From Heterodontus francisci (taxonomy: Eukaryota), in assembly GCF_036365525.1 (NCBI RefSeq), contig NC_090408.1, forward strand, positions 25,340,884 through 25,404,883: a stretch of 64,000 nucleotides of DNA. Direction: 5' to 3'. The notes under the pieces are model-generated. The model worked only from the letters and a program-made list of their open reading frames with translations, made no database searches and was not told the origin of the DNA. The position numbers were made by a program, and so were the translations under genes. This document shows, one piece after another, positions 26,000 to 36,210 of this stretch; the stretch's first letter is position 1; the number at the start of each line of letters is the position of its first letter.

Positions 26000-26690
26000 T
26001 ATGGCCTGCATTTTGTGGCAGGAATAATGGTGAGGCTATCAGTGCTCACCAATATGGAGTAAATCAGAATGCAATGTCTAGCGTCCACACATGTACAGGA
26101 AAACGCCAAATTTAGAAAGTTGCTGTTCAATTTTCCCTGCACCTCACAAACTTTGCTACCCTGGTACCTGCGAGACTCAACATTCAAGCACAGGTAGGAA
26201 ATGAAGTTACCCATTAGATACCCAATAAACATGCCAAAAAAGCTTGTATATTAAACTGCAAATGATGTGTTAAGTCTTAATTACTACTGAACAGCCCCTT
26301 TGACACAGAAAATGTATTTTGCAAATGTGGAGTATCATTCCTTCAGATTTCAGTTATTGGAGATTTTTTTAAAAAGTTGTTAGTTTTTTTTCTGTCTCTT
26401 TTACCTTGTTCAAAGCCATCCTTCTTTCCCTCTATATTTTGCTTCCTGTATCTGATTTTACATTTAAAATATTTAATTCACTTACACTTCATGGTTTAGA
26501 TTCTGCGTGGCTCCGTAAGGATTCTTCAATCTGATTGGTTGAAGAGACATGCTGCTTGCACAGTTACCAGATCCCCTGGAGAGGGCACGGCACTGAAATA
26601 GATCTGTGTGCAAAAGCCCATGAAAAGCATAATAAACAGTGAATGCAGTACCTTCACCGCTGTTTGAGAAGTGTACACAGGTAAATCATA
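26000..26690. repeat. unclassified non-autonomous repeat (family of 19020-19735)
   Basis: Shared blocks in opposite orientation. Confidence 0.55.
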
Positions 26691-27176
26691 GGAAACACTA
26701 GACTAATTTTCATTTTAGCAGTTTTCTGCATTTAGCGAAGTGCTTTGTATTTTCAGCATAAGAAAGAATCTTGACATTAGCTGTAATGTTGAGTGAGTGA
26801 ACTTGAAGTAGATTTGGCAAGTAGCAGCCATTTCTGAGTGGAGGGCAAATTGAACTGAGGGAACAGAGAGATTTCCAGTTTAGGCGTTAATAAGTATTGT
26901 CTGATATTAATTTAGCTGTGGCAGCCATAGTAAGGATTCTGAAAGATTTATTGACTTAAAATGTTTTCTTTTTCAAACGTCAAAACTGGCTTCATGACTT
27001 TTTGGAGTATAATAGAGTCTCTTTTTACATTTTGTATTTTCTGTGACTATCTTAATGTTCTTGTTTAAAACTCACCTAGGAAATTCATCACAGTTTTGAT
27101 ATTTTTTTTCCCCTGAATGTAAATTTTGGTAATGGTGACTTTATCACATGTGAAGGCACCTGGTTAAGAGGGAGGG

Positions 27177-28167
27177 AACAAAAACAAAAAGAGCTGGAAA
27201 TACACAGCAGGTCTGGCAGCATCTGTGGAGAGAGAAACAGTTAATGTTTCAGGTCTGTGACCTTTCATCGGAATTGGGAAAGGTTAGAAACGAATTAGGT
27301 TTTAAGCAAGTGAAGGGGAGGGGGGGTGGGAGAGAGAACAAAGGGGAAAGTGTTTGATAGGACAGGAGAGATTAAATAACAAAGCTGTCCTGGGACAAAG
27401 GCAAAAAGTGTGTTAATGCTTGTGGTGAAAGACAAAGCATTAGTGCAGAGAGTGTTAATAGCAGAATAATGAGCAGCTCTGACTACATGAAAAGCAGGCA
27501 CACGGTTAAAAAACAAAATATAAAGAACAGACCAGTCATGCTCTGAAGTTACTGAACTCAATGTTCAGTCTGCAAGGCTGTAGAGTGCCTAATCAAAAGA
27601 TCAGGTGTTGCTCCTCGAGCTTGTATTGATGTTCACTGGAACACTTGATCAGGCCAAAGACACAAATGTGGGCATGAGAGCAGGGGGTGTGTTGAAATGA
27701 CAAGCAACTGGATGCTCGGGGCCGTGTTTTCGGACTGAGCGGAGGTGTTCAGCAAAGCGGTCACCCAATCTGCGTTTGGTCTCCCCATTGTAGAGGAGAC
27801 CACATTGTCAACAGCGAATACCGTATACTGAATTGAAAGAAGTAAAAGTAAATCGCTGCTTCACCTGAAAGGAGTTTTTGGGGCCATGGATACTGAGGAG
27901 AGAGGAGGTAAAAGGGCAGGTATTACACCTCCTGCAATTGCATGGGTAGGTGCCGTGGGAAGGGGACAAGGTGTCGGGGGTAGTGGAGGAGTGGACCAGG
28001 ATGTCACAGAGGGAATGATCCCTTCGGAATGCTGATGGGTGGGGAGGGGAAGATGCGTTTGGTGGTGGCATCACGCTGGAGGTGGTGGAAATGGCAGAGG
28101 ATGTGGAGGCTGGTGAGGTGGAAAGTGAGGACAAGGGGAACCCTGTTGCAGTTCTGGGAGGGAGGGA
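27177..28167 (-). mobile_element. Penelope-like element, 3' part with GIY-YIG endonuclease remnant
   Basis: Minus-strand PCNCRRCNTCP...FQVKQRFTFTSFNSVYGIRC*QCGLLYNGETKRRLGDRFAEHLRSV; terminal motif CAGCAGGTCTGGCAGCATCTGTGGAGAGAGAAACAG. Confidence 0.88.
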
Positions 28168-28734
28168 AATTTTTCATTTCAACGAACAATTTTTATTATC
28201 CTGTGAGATGATTCATGCATGCTTACTGTTGTAAGCTGATCATAAGACTGTGATCACACTATAGTTCGATGCACGCATTGTGGAGCCTCAGTGCCTTCTT
28301 AATTGTTTCTTGCTAATATTAGCTAATGTCTTTGGTGCAGCCTGTCTTAACAGCCTTGTGAATGTTTCTTCAAATGTTTTTGGTCCCTATCCGTGTCACT
28401 CTCACAGAAGTGGGCATTGGATATTGATCAGGAACAGGATTTACCTCTCCTTAGCAAAGGACGTGGTGGTTGAATGTGCCGTAATTACTGCTTTGGCTAA
28501 GATCAGGTAGCTAAACACAGATCAGACACTTATTTCTTGAACTCTGCTATCCTGTCGTGCTCAGTTCCTCAATAAGCTAGCTGAGGCATCAGGTGAACTT
28601 AACCTTTTTTAGTTATTTACTATGGGATCTGCTGTGGCTTTGCCTATGGAATGTCAGGACAAAGACAATTATTCTTGATGCATTAGTGCTGCTGTAGTTA
28701 TAGGTATGGGGATCTACAAAACATGCAAGCGTAC

Positions 28735-28945
28735 GAGAAATAATGGATAGGAAAAGACCTACTGGTCCATTCAATCTGCCCCATGCAAATATGATGCCTT
28801 GTGCATCACTATGCATACACTGCCCACTTCACCGGGAAACAATGTCCTCTCCTGGGAAGGGCAGAAAACAGATGTTAAAACCCAGGCCAATTAGGGAAAA
28901 GAATCTGGAAAATTCCTCTCTGACCCCCCCTTAGGTGATTGAAAT
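28735..28945 (-). mobile_element. LINE (CR1-like) 3' UTR fragment
   Basis: GGAAAAGACCTACTGGTCCAT...GGAAAATTCCTCTCTGACCCC resembles a recalled CR1 3' UTR. Confidence 0.45.
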
Positions 28946-29399
28946 GAGTACAGATTCTGGAGTTTATCAAACTGCATCTCATGGTATAAGTGTGCAGCTG
29001 CAGGCATGACTGTGTATCATCGAATAATAATTACCAAATAAAGAATGCATGACTTAAAAAGCAAATTTAAGATATAACAAACATTTGAAGAAAAGGAAGA
29101 ATTGTGTTTATTGCCTACAACTTTATTAATTTTCAGTTTGTCCAATGTGGATTGCATACTATAAATAGGTTAAACCAGTAGTCAGTTTGCCACTTCCCTT
29201 TGTGTAAAGTCCTACTGTACCTGCTATTCCTGTTCACCACCCATCAATGCATTAATCAAACACAGATATGAGTTCATCGATACTCATGTTAACACTGCAG
29301 TGAAGATTTGGACTATGAAATAAAACTATCTGATGTATTCCTAGGTTAATCTGCTACAGGTATCGTTATTAAATAACATTTTTCACTAATTAGCACAGC

Positions 29400-29975
29400 C
29401 ATGCCACAGAATAGCACAATGGTTTCGCAATGTTGAGTCTGGCTTTGAATCTAGCCCACCTTGATAGGATGAAAGCCACTTTTTTTTAATTCCTTCATGA
29501 GATGTGGGTGTTGCTGACAAGGCCCGCATTTGTTGCCCTTCCCTAATTGCCCTTGACAACTGAGTGGCTTGCTAGGCCATTTCAGAGGGCAGCTAAGAGT
29601 CAGCCGCATGGTTGTGGGTCTGGAGTCACATGTAGGCCAGACCAGATAAAGATGGCAGATTTCCTTCCCTAAAGGACATTAGTGAACCAGATGGGTTTTT
29701 TAACAACAATCAATGGTAGTTTAATGGCACCATTACTAAGACTAGCTTTCAATTTCAGATTTTTATTAATGAATTGAATTTAAATTCCACCATGTCCCCA
29801 GGACATTAGCCTGATACTCTGGATTACTAGTTCAGTGAAATTACTGCTACGTCACCATCTCCTGACTCAGTTCTAACAGCATGAGTTTGGGGCGAGTCTC
29901 AACTCAACTCCGAGTATGCGCAAGTGAACAGTGGAGGATAAGCCTTTACAAAATGTGAAAAGCTAATTGGCATGC
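29400..29975 (+). mobile_element. LF-SINE-like element split by a younger SINE
   Basis: GGCTTTGAATCTAGCCCACCTTGATAGGATGAAAG (29441) and ATGAGTTTGGGGCGAGTCTCAACTCAACTCC...GCTAATTGGCA (29881-29972) resemble recalled LF-SINE blocks. Confidence 0.45.
29480..29860 (-). mobile_element. tRNA-SINE sharing its 3' end with the CR1-clade LINE at 17330-18182
   Basis: Starts with the reverse complement of that LINE 3' UTR (CCCTAATTGCCCTTGA); core TTCCTTCCCTAAAGGACATTAGTGAACCAGATGGG. Confidence 0.8.
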
Positions 29976-30074
29976 AAATAATGCAACATTAATTGTGAAT
30001 CTCATTCAGACCATAAGAAATAGGAATTGAAATAAGTCATACTGCTGTTGAGGGGAATTTTCTTCTGAAGTTTG

Positions 30075-30345
30075 CCGCGTTTCCTGCATTACCACAGTGA
30101 CTACACTTCAAAAAGTACTTTGTTGGCTGTCAAGCAGTTTGAGACGTCTGGTGATCATGAAAGGCAAGTCTTTCTTTGAAGTTCTTAACCTCTCTATCTC
30201 TCATTGCTCCTTTATAAAGCTCCTTAAAACCTACCTCTTTTACCAAGCATTTGGCCATCTGCCCTAATACCACCTTATGTGGCTTTGTGTTAAATTTTGC
30301 CTTATAACAGTCCCTGTGAAGCACCTTGTGATGTTTTATTATATT
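30075..30345 (+). mobile_element. DeuSINE 3' tail followed by an L2 3' tail
   Basis: CAGTGACTACACTTCAAAAAGTACTT; CTCCTTAAAACCTACCTCTTTACCAAGC...GTGAAGCACCTTG. Confidence 0.7.
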
Positions 30346-30992
30346 CCTTCTTTGGCCTCCTTGTCTCGAGAGACAAAGGGTAAGCGTCTGGAGGTGGTCA
30401 GTGTTTTGTGAAGCAGCGCCTGGAGTGGCTATAAAAGCCAATTCTAGAGTGACAGACTTTTCCACAGGTGCTGCAGATAAAATTGGTTGTTGGGGCTGTT
30501 ACACAGTTGGCTCTCTCCCTGCGCTTCTGTCTTTTTTCCTGCCAACTGCTAAGTCTCTTCGACTCACCACGCTTTAGCCCCGCCTTTATGGTTGCCCGCC
30601 AGCTCTGGCGATCGCAGGCAACTGACTCCCACGACTTGTGATCAATGTCACAGGACTTCACGTCGCATTTGCAGACGTCTTTAAAGTGGAGACATGGACG
30701 GCCGGTGGGTCTGATACCAGTGACGAGCTCGCTGTACAATGTGTCCTTGGGGGTCCTGCCATCTTCCATGTGGCTCACATGGCCAAGCCATCTCAAGCGC
30801 CGCTGGCTTAGTAGCGTGTATATGCTGGAGATGTTGGTCGCCTCGAGGACTTCTGTGTTGGAGATACGTTCCTGCCACCTGATGCCAAGGATTCTCCGGA
30901 GGCAGCGAAGATGGAATGAATTGAGACGTCGCTCTTGGCTGATGTATGTTGTCCAGGCCTCGCTGCCGTAGAGCAAGGTACTGAGGACACAG
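30346..30992 (-). mobile_element. RTE LINE, 5'-truncated
   Basis: ORF 30398-30976 (LYGSEAWTTY...CSTCGKVCHSRIGFYSH) closely matches 37521-38165. Confidence 0.95.
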
Positions 30993-31005
30993 ACAAAGAC
31001 ACAGT

Positions 31006-31173
31006 CTCCTTCTTCTCCTTCTTCTCATTCTTCTCATTCTCTTCATTCTCTTCATTCTCTTCATTCTTCTCATTCTTCTCATTCTTCTCATTCTCTTCAT
31101 TCTTCTCATTCTCTTCATTCTTCTCATTCTCTTCATTCTTCTCATTCTTCTCATTCTCGTCATTCTTCATTCT
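31006..31173. repeat. 9-bp-unit microsatellite (TTCTCATTC/TTCATTCTC)n, expanded RTE tail
   Basis: Read directly; abuts the 3' end of the RTE copy at 31174-31359. Confidence 0.9.
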
Positions 31174-31359
31174 TGTCTCAGGAATCAATGGGTAAGCGCC
31201 TGGAGGTGGTCAGTGGTGTGTGGAGCAGCGCCTGGAGTGGCTATAAACCACTACTAGAGTGACAGACTCTTCCACAGGTGCTGCAGATAAAATTGGTTGT
31301 CAGGGCTGTTACACAGTTGGCTCTCCCCTTGCGCTTCTGTCTTTTTTCCTGCCAACTGC
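31174..31359 (-). mobile_element. RTE LINE, short 3' fragment (variant subfamily)
   Basis: Matches the RTE 3' end with diverged 3' UTR; outer TSD TATTATATT at 30337-30345 and 31360-31368. Confidence 0.9.
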
Positions 31360-32129
31360 TATTATATTAAAAGTGCAATATTTGTATATATTATATTTTC
31401 AATATAAGTTGTTACTGTTGAAGTTGGGATTGTCATCTGGTGTAGAGGGAGTGCACTATACTGTGGATATCCTCCTGGTGTAATAAAAGTTTTCATGTGC
31501 TTATAATTTTTGTTTATGTTGATACTTATTTTCTCCAATAAGTATTAATCTTTAGCTATCAGGTTTTTATGTATTGCACCCGTGCATGATGCTGAGATTT
31601 GTGCGTGATTAAATATGCAAATATTGTGTAATATTTCTTGGCCACAAATAGCTTTTAAAAAAAAAATATAGACCTACATGGATTAATGACCAGCGTTTCA
31701 CTATAAGGGTACACTGCAGATAAATGGTTTGTTTCTACACAATAAAAATGGAACTTGGAAAGATAATGACATTCAAAGTTGCTGTGTGGGTATTTAAGCT
31801 GCTTTGTGATGAAATGAATCATAATGCCCTGTAGTTCAAAATAAATATGTTTATCAACCAAATGAGTGCTCATTCCCTTTGTAATATATACTAAATAATT
31901 ACAAAGAAGCACTGTCAGTTATTAAATAAAAGTTTTTACTGTGAGGGAATTTTTTTTAAGGAAACAGTCTCTTAAGAGAATAACGTGTATTTTATTACTT
32001 TTCTGTTCATGCCCACACAAGCTTGAAATGTGCCACATAAAATTTATAAAATGATTTTGCTCTCAAATAATGTGCAAAGCAAGTTGGGAAAATAAACATG
32101 CATGTGCTGTTCTCCAGTGCTGTTTCTCT

Positions 32130-34209
32130 GGACTAAATTTTCACCATGGAGATGAGAAATAGGAGCTGGGTTTGTTTTCGGGTCAGAAACCCACCTCTGG
32201 AGGGGTGAACCTTCAATTGATCTGGAGACAGGATTCCTGCCCACTAAGAGCCAGTGGGGGCAGGCACAGAGGCGACTCAGATGAAGTTTGGGACTCATTT
32301 AGACTCTCAAGGCAGCCATTACTGAGGTTGTTGGTTGTCCTGTGGGAGAGACCTGCGATTGCACCAGAGGGAAGCAATGTCACAGGGGAGTTGGAGGCCT
32401 GGCACCTAGGCAGGCCCTTGCCTCCTTGATGCCGACCTGGATCTAATGCTGGAATGCTGGAGACCTCGAGGGAGAAGAGGGAGGTCCTCTTCCTGGAGGG
32501 TGGCAGGAGGAGGCCACCTCATCATGCAGCAACGACACCTCTCTGTTCAGCATCATCACCCTCCACCTCTTCCTCCTCCTCTCTCACCTCCTGAACTTCC
32601 TCCGATGAGCTGTCTCCTTCCAGGACCTCATTGTCCTCAAGGTCTACACCTCTCTTGAGGGCCATGTTATGGAGAGAACAGCAGACCACCAAAATGCCTT
32701 GAGACCCTTGCAGAAGGGTATTGAAGGGCACCACCTGATCGGTCTGGGTACCAGAATTGCATCTTCAGAAGCCCAATGGCCCGCTCAATAGCTTTCCTAT
32801 TGAGCACGTGACATTGCTTGTATTGCCTCTGTGCCTCCATCTGGAGTTCCTGTAGAGGGGTCAGTATCCATGTCTTCAAGGGATATCCCTTGTCTCCTAG
32901 GATCCATCTACGCACTTTGAGTGTTGGAGTGAAGATCTGAGGCAGACTGGACTGGCGGAGGATGAAGGAGTCATGGCAGCTTACAGGAAAGCGAGTACAC
33001 ACATGGTGGAATCTCTTGTTATGGTCTCAGAGCAGTTGGATATTGAGGGAGGGGAAGCACTTCCTGTTGATGAATCTCAAAGGCCAGTCACTGGGTGCCT
33101 TGATAGCCACGGGTGCAATTGATGATGTCCTGCACCTGGGGGAATCCAGCAATGGAGGTGGAACTCAATGCCCTCTGTTCCTGCAAGGCTGTGCCCATTG
33201 TCAAATGAATGTGCTGTCCAGCTCAAGGAAAAAGGGTGTCATTGACCAGTGAGATGCAATGGTGTGCAGCTGTTTGTGAGATGCCTGCAAGGTCTGCAGC
33301 TGATCCTTGGGAAGCTAGAAGCGAAGATGTTCAAGGTCATTGTGATTTTGACAGCTACTGGCAGGGCATGGCAGCCAGTGCTGCGAGGTGTGAGTTTTTT
33401 GGCGATGAGGGCACAGACATCCATGACCATCTGCCTGGAGAGTCGCAGTCATCTGTGGCACTGGTTCTCTGTCATCTCCAGGTAGCTTTATCTTCGGCGG
33501 TCAATCCTTTGTTGAGAGAATGGTCTCTGTTGCCTTCCTGCCCCTCTTCTCCCATGCCTGGGGTTTCTCCCCTTTCTGTGAAGGGTGTTGAACCTCATTG
33601 CCACTGGGCTCAAAATCTGAAATTCGTGCCCCCAGTGCCAGCTGTATCCTTCCTTTTGGGCAAGCGGCAGTCCTATTGTGATTGGCAACCTTGCCCCCTG
33701 CTCTTCTGCCCCATGATGCCAGGGGTGACCATCCCATTTGATGACTGGGGGTTAAGTAACCACTCTCCCTGCCACCTGTGCAGCACCAAGGGCACCCACT
33801 TAGCAGTGCTGAGTTCCCCTTTGCTGCACTGACCCTCTTATGGGACCAGGGTGATGCCCTTGGGCAACCTTGACTGGCTCCCCTACTGTGTGCCTGCACC
33901 CCCCCTCCCCCTTCAGCTGTTCAGCTACTGACAGCTTCTAAAACCCGTTCGCCCATTTAAATATTTCACCCTCCCCCGCCCCCCCCCCTCAACCTTCAAC
34001 AAGCTCTTAATGAGCTTTTTAACTAGTTTAACTGCCCTCATTTGGGAGGAGAGCGGCATTCCTGTGATTATTACTGGTGACGGGATAGATGTCTTGAAAT
34101 TGACATACCGCCTGGTGCTGGTATTTTCGGGCCCCCCCCCCCTGTTCCCAACTTCGCGGGTTGGGGGTGTGGGGTTGTTGGTGGTTGGTGCAGCCAGAGA
34201 ATTCAGCCC
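32130..34209 (-). mobile_element. PIF/Harbinger DNA transposon, defective
   Basis: TIRs GGACTAAATTTTC ... GAGAATTCAGCCC (10/13); 3-bp TSD TCT at 32127-32129 and 34210-34212; transposase remnant inside. Confidence 0.85.
32560..33530 (-). pseudogene. Harbinger (HARBI1-like) DDE transposase, frameshifted
   Basis: Motifs LPVAVKITMTLNIFAS, FPVSCHDSFILRQS, LGDKGYPL, IERAIGLLKMQF, VCCSLHNMAL lie in different frames. Confidence 0.88.
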
Positions 34210-35018
34210 TCTTTCTCTGTCCATTGTTGCAGCACAAGACAAACGAGACATTTGTCATGCAGTGCACTCGCTGGCAGCTCCTCAAAGCCGAAACCAGCTT
34301 GTCATGCCTGGACTTGAATAATCTGGCCCCAACTTCATTTCTTTTCTTCGGAGACCGGCCCCTCATGCCTGGTGACAGACATAGTTTGTACACTTTTACT
34401 CAATATGAAAAAAATACATAGCATGTAAAGCAGTGCTCAAAATTTGTAATTTTGAAAATGCAGTTAAACACACTGGCCACAGAAATTCCAATTGATAAAT
34501 TGCTTCCCTAAACTTGTAGTTTGCTCTTCAGCGTGAACTTTGTCACGCATCAATGACCCAGGGTACACTGGAAGTCAGCAGTAGGTTAGCCAACTGCCAC
34601 TGGCACATAAGTGGACCCCAAATGGATTAAAGCAGTACAGTAAAATGAATCCCACAGGTCCTGTAAATATAAGGCACCCTGGAGTGATTTTGAGGCAGTA
34701 ATCTAATCTGATTAGATAGCCAGATAATTTATAAATAGCTCAAACTTTGTTCTACTGTTGCTCACCAGTTGAATTGCTTGATTTTAAGATTGTCTGTTTT
34801 GTATTCAGAGACACATTTTTTTGCAGGGTGGGGGGATGGGCAGTGAATTTTGGTGTTTGAAGCAAAGACAGTCTTTTGGGGAGATAATGCTCCTGCTTTT
34901 CACCCCTGGTGTCAGTATACAGAACTGTTAAATCAGACGTAGCGCAGGCTGTTTGCAGGGTAAATGTTGTTTTATCTGGCTTCAAAAAAAATGTAGAATC
35001 ATATAGCACAGAAGGCTC

Positions 35019-35950
35019 TTTTTTCCAAAAATATACTTTATTCATAAAATTTGCAAAAAAAAATGCATAACAAAACAGTTCAAATTTGACATTTCAGAAA
35101 ATGCAGTAGAGATCCGATTCCTTCGATACAGAACATGAGGTGCCCCACAACTCTTACCATTCCATTTTATATGCAATGTACATTTGCATTACACAGCAGT
35201 AACATATTTTGGTGCAGACAGCCCGAGGGGTTTTGCACGGGTTCCTGGCCCTCAATATACTATGGTGGGAGGAACTTGCACAGTGCATTCAGCCTTTGTG
35301 GCGTCTGCCCCAAGCTTTAATGTGTCCCTCAGCATGTAGTCCTGGACCTTCGAATGTGCCAGTCTGCAACACTCGGTTGTGGTCAACTCTTTGCGCTGGA
35401 AGACCAGCAAGTTTCAGGCAGACCAAAGAGCATCTTTCACCGAGTTGTTAGTCCTCCAGCAGCAGTTGATGTTTATCTCAGTGTGCATCCCTGGGAACAG
35501 ACCGTAGAGCACAGACTCCTGTGTTACCGAGCTGCTTGGGATGAACCTCGACAAAAACCACTGCATCTCTTTCCAGATCTGCTTTGCAAAGGCACATTCC
35601 AGAAGGAGGTGGACGACGGTCTCTTCCCACCACAACCACCTCGAGGGCGGTGTGCGGCGGTAGTGAGACTCCAGGCGTGCAGGAAGGATCTGACAGGGAG
35701 GGCCCTTCTCACCACCAGCCAAGTTTTGGTGCTTGATTGAAAGTTCTGGTGATGAGGCATTCTGCCAAGTGACATTGGGGAGCCATCTGACAGGATCCAC
35801 CATCTCCTTTTCCCATAGGGCCTTGAGGACATTCCGTGCAGACCACTGCCCGATGGATTGGTGATCAAAGGTGTTTTTCTGCACAAACTTTTCCACGAAG
35901 GATAGTGGGTACGGCACAGTACAACTGGATGGATAATATTTAAGGAGCGT
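35019..35950 (-). mobile_element. Tx1/L1-clade LINE, 3' part
   Basis: ORF 35414-35956 with ETVVHLLLECAFAKQIW (zf-RVT-like); AATAAA plus poly(A) end (reverse complement at 35019-35042). Confidence 0.85.
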
Positions 35951-36210
35951 GTGCATGAATTAAAACAATTATTCATTCTTGTCTGGCGCAAAAATAAAAC
36001 TGGAAAAGTGGCTGAACTGTGGCAGACAAAATAAATTAGGGATAGTATTCGATCCAAAGAGGAGGCCTATAAAATTGCCAGAAAAAGCAGCAAGTCTGAG
36101 GATTGGGAGCAGTTTAGAATTCAGCAAAGGAGGACAAAGAGGTTGATTAAGCAGGGGAAAATAGAGTACGAGAGTAAACTTGCGGAGAGCATAAAAACTG
36201 ACTGTAAAAG

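Noticed and set aside
31006-31173. Repeat array considered as CRISPR-like
   Set aside because: No unique spacers, 9-bp tandem unit, eukaryotic context
30681-31195. Low-complexity ORFs (MRRMKR, ENEKN, FFSFSS repeats)
   Set aside because: Translations of the RTE-tail microsatellite
32560-33530. Host HARBI1 gene
   Set aside because: Multiple frameshifts and stops, and enclosed by TIRs and a TSD, so a decayed transposon
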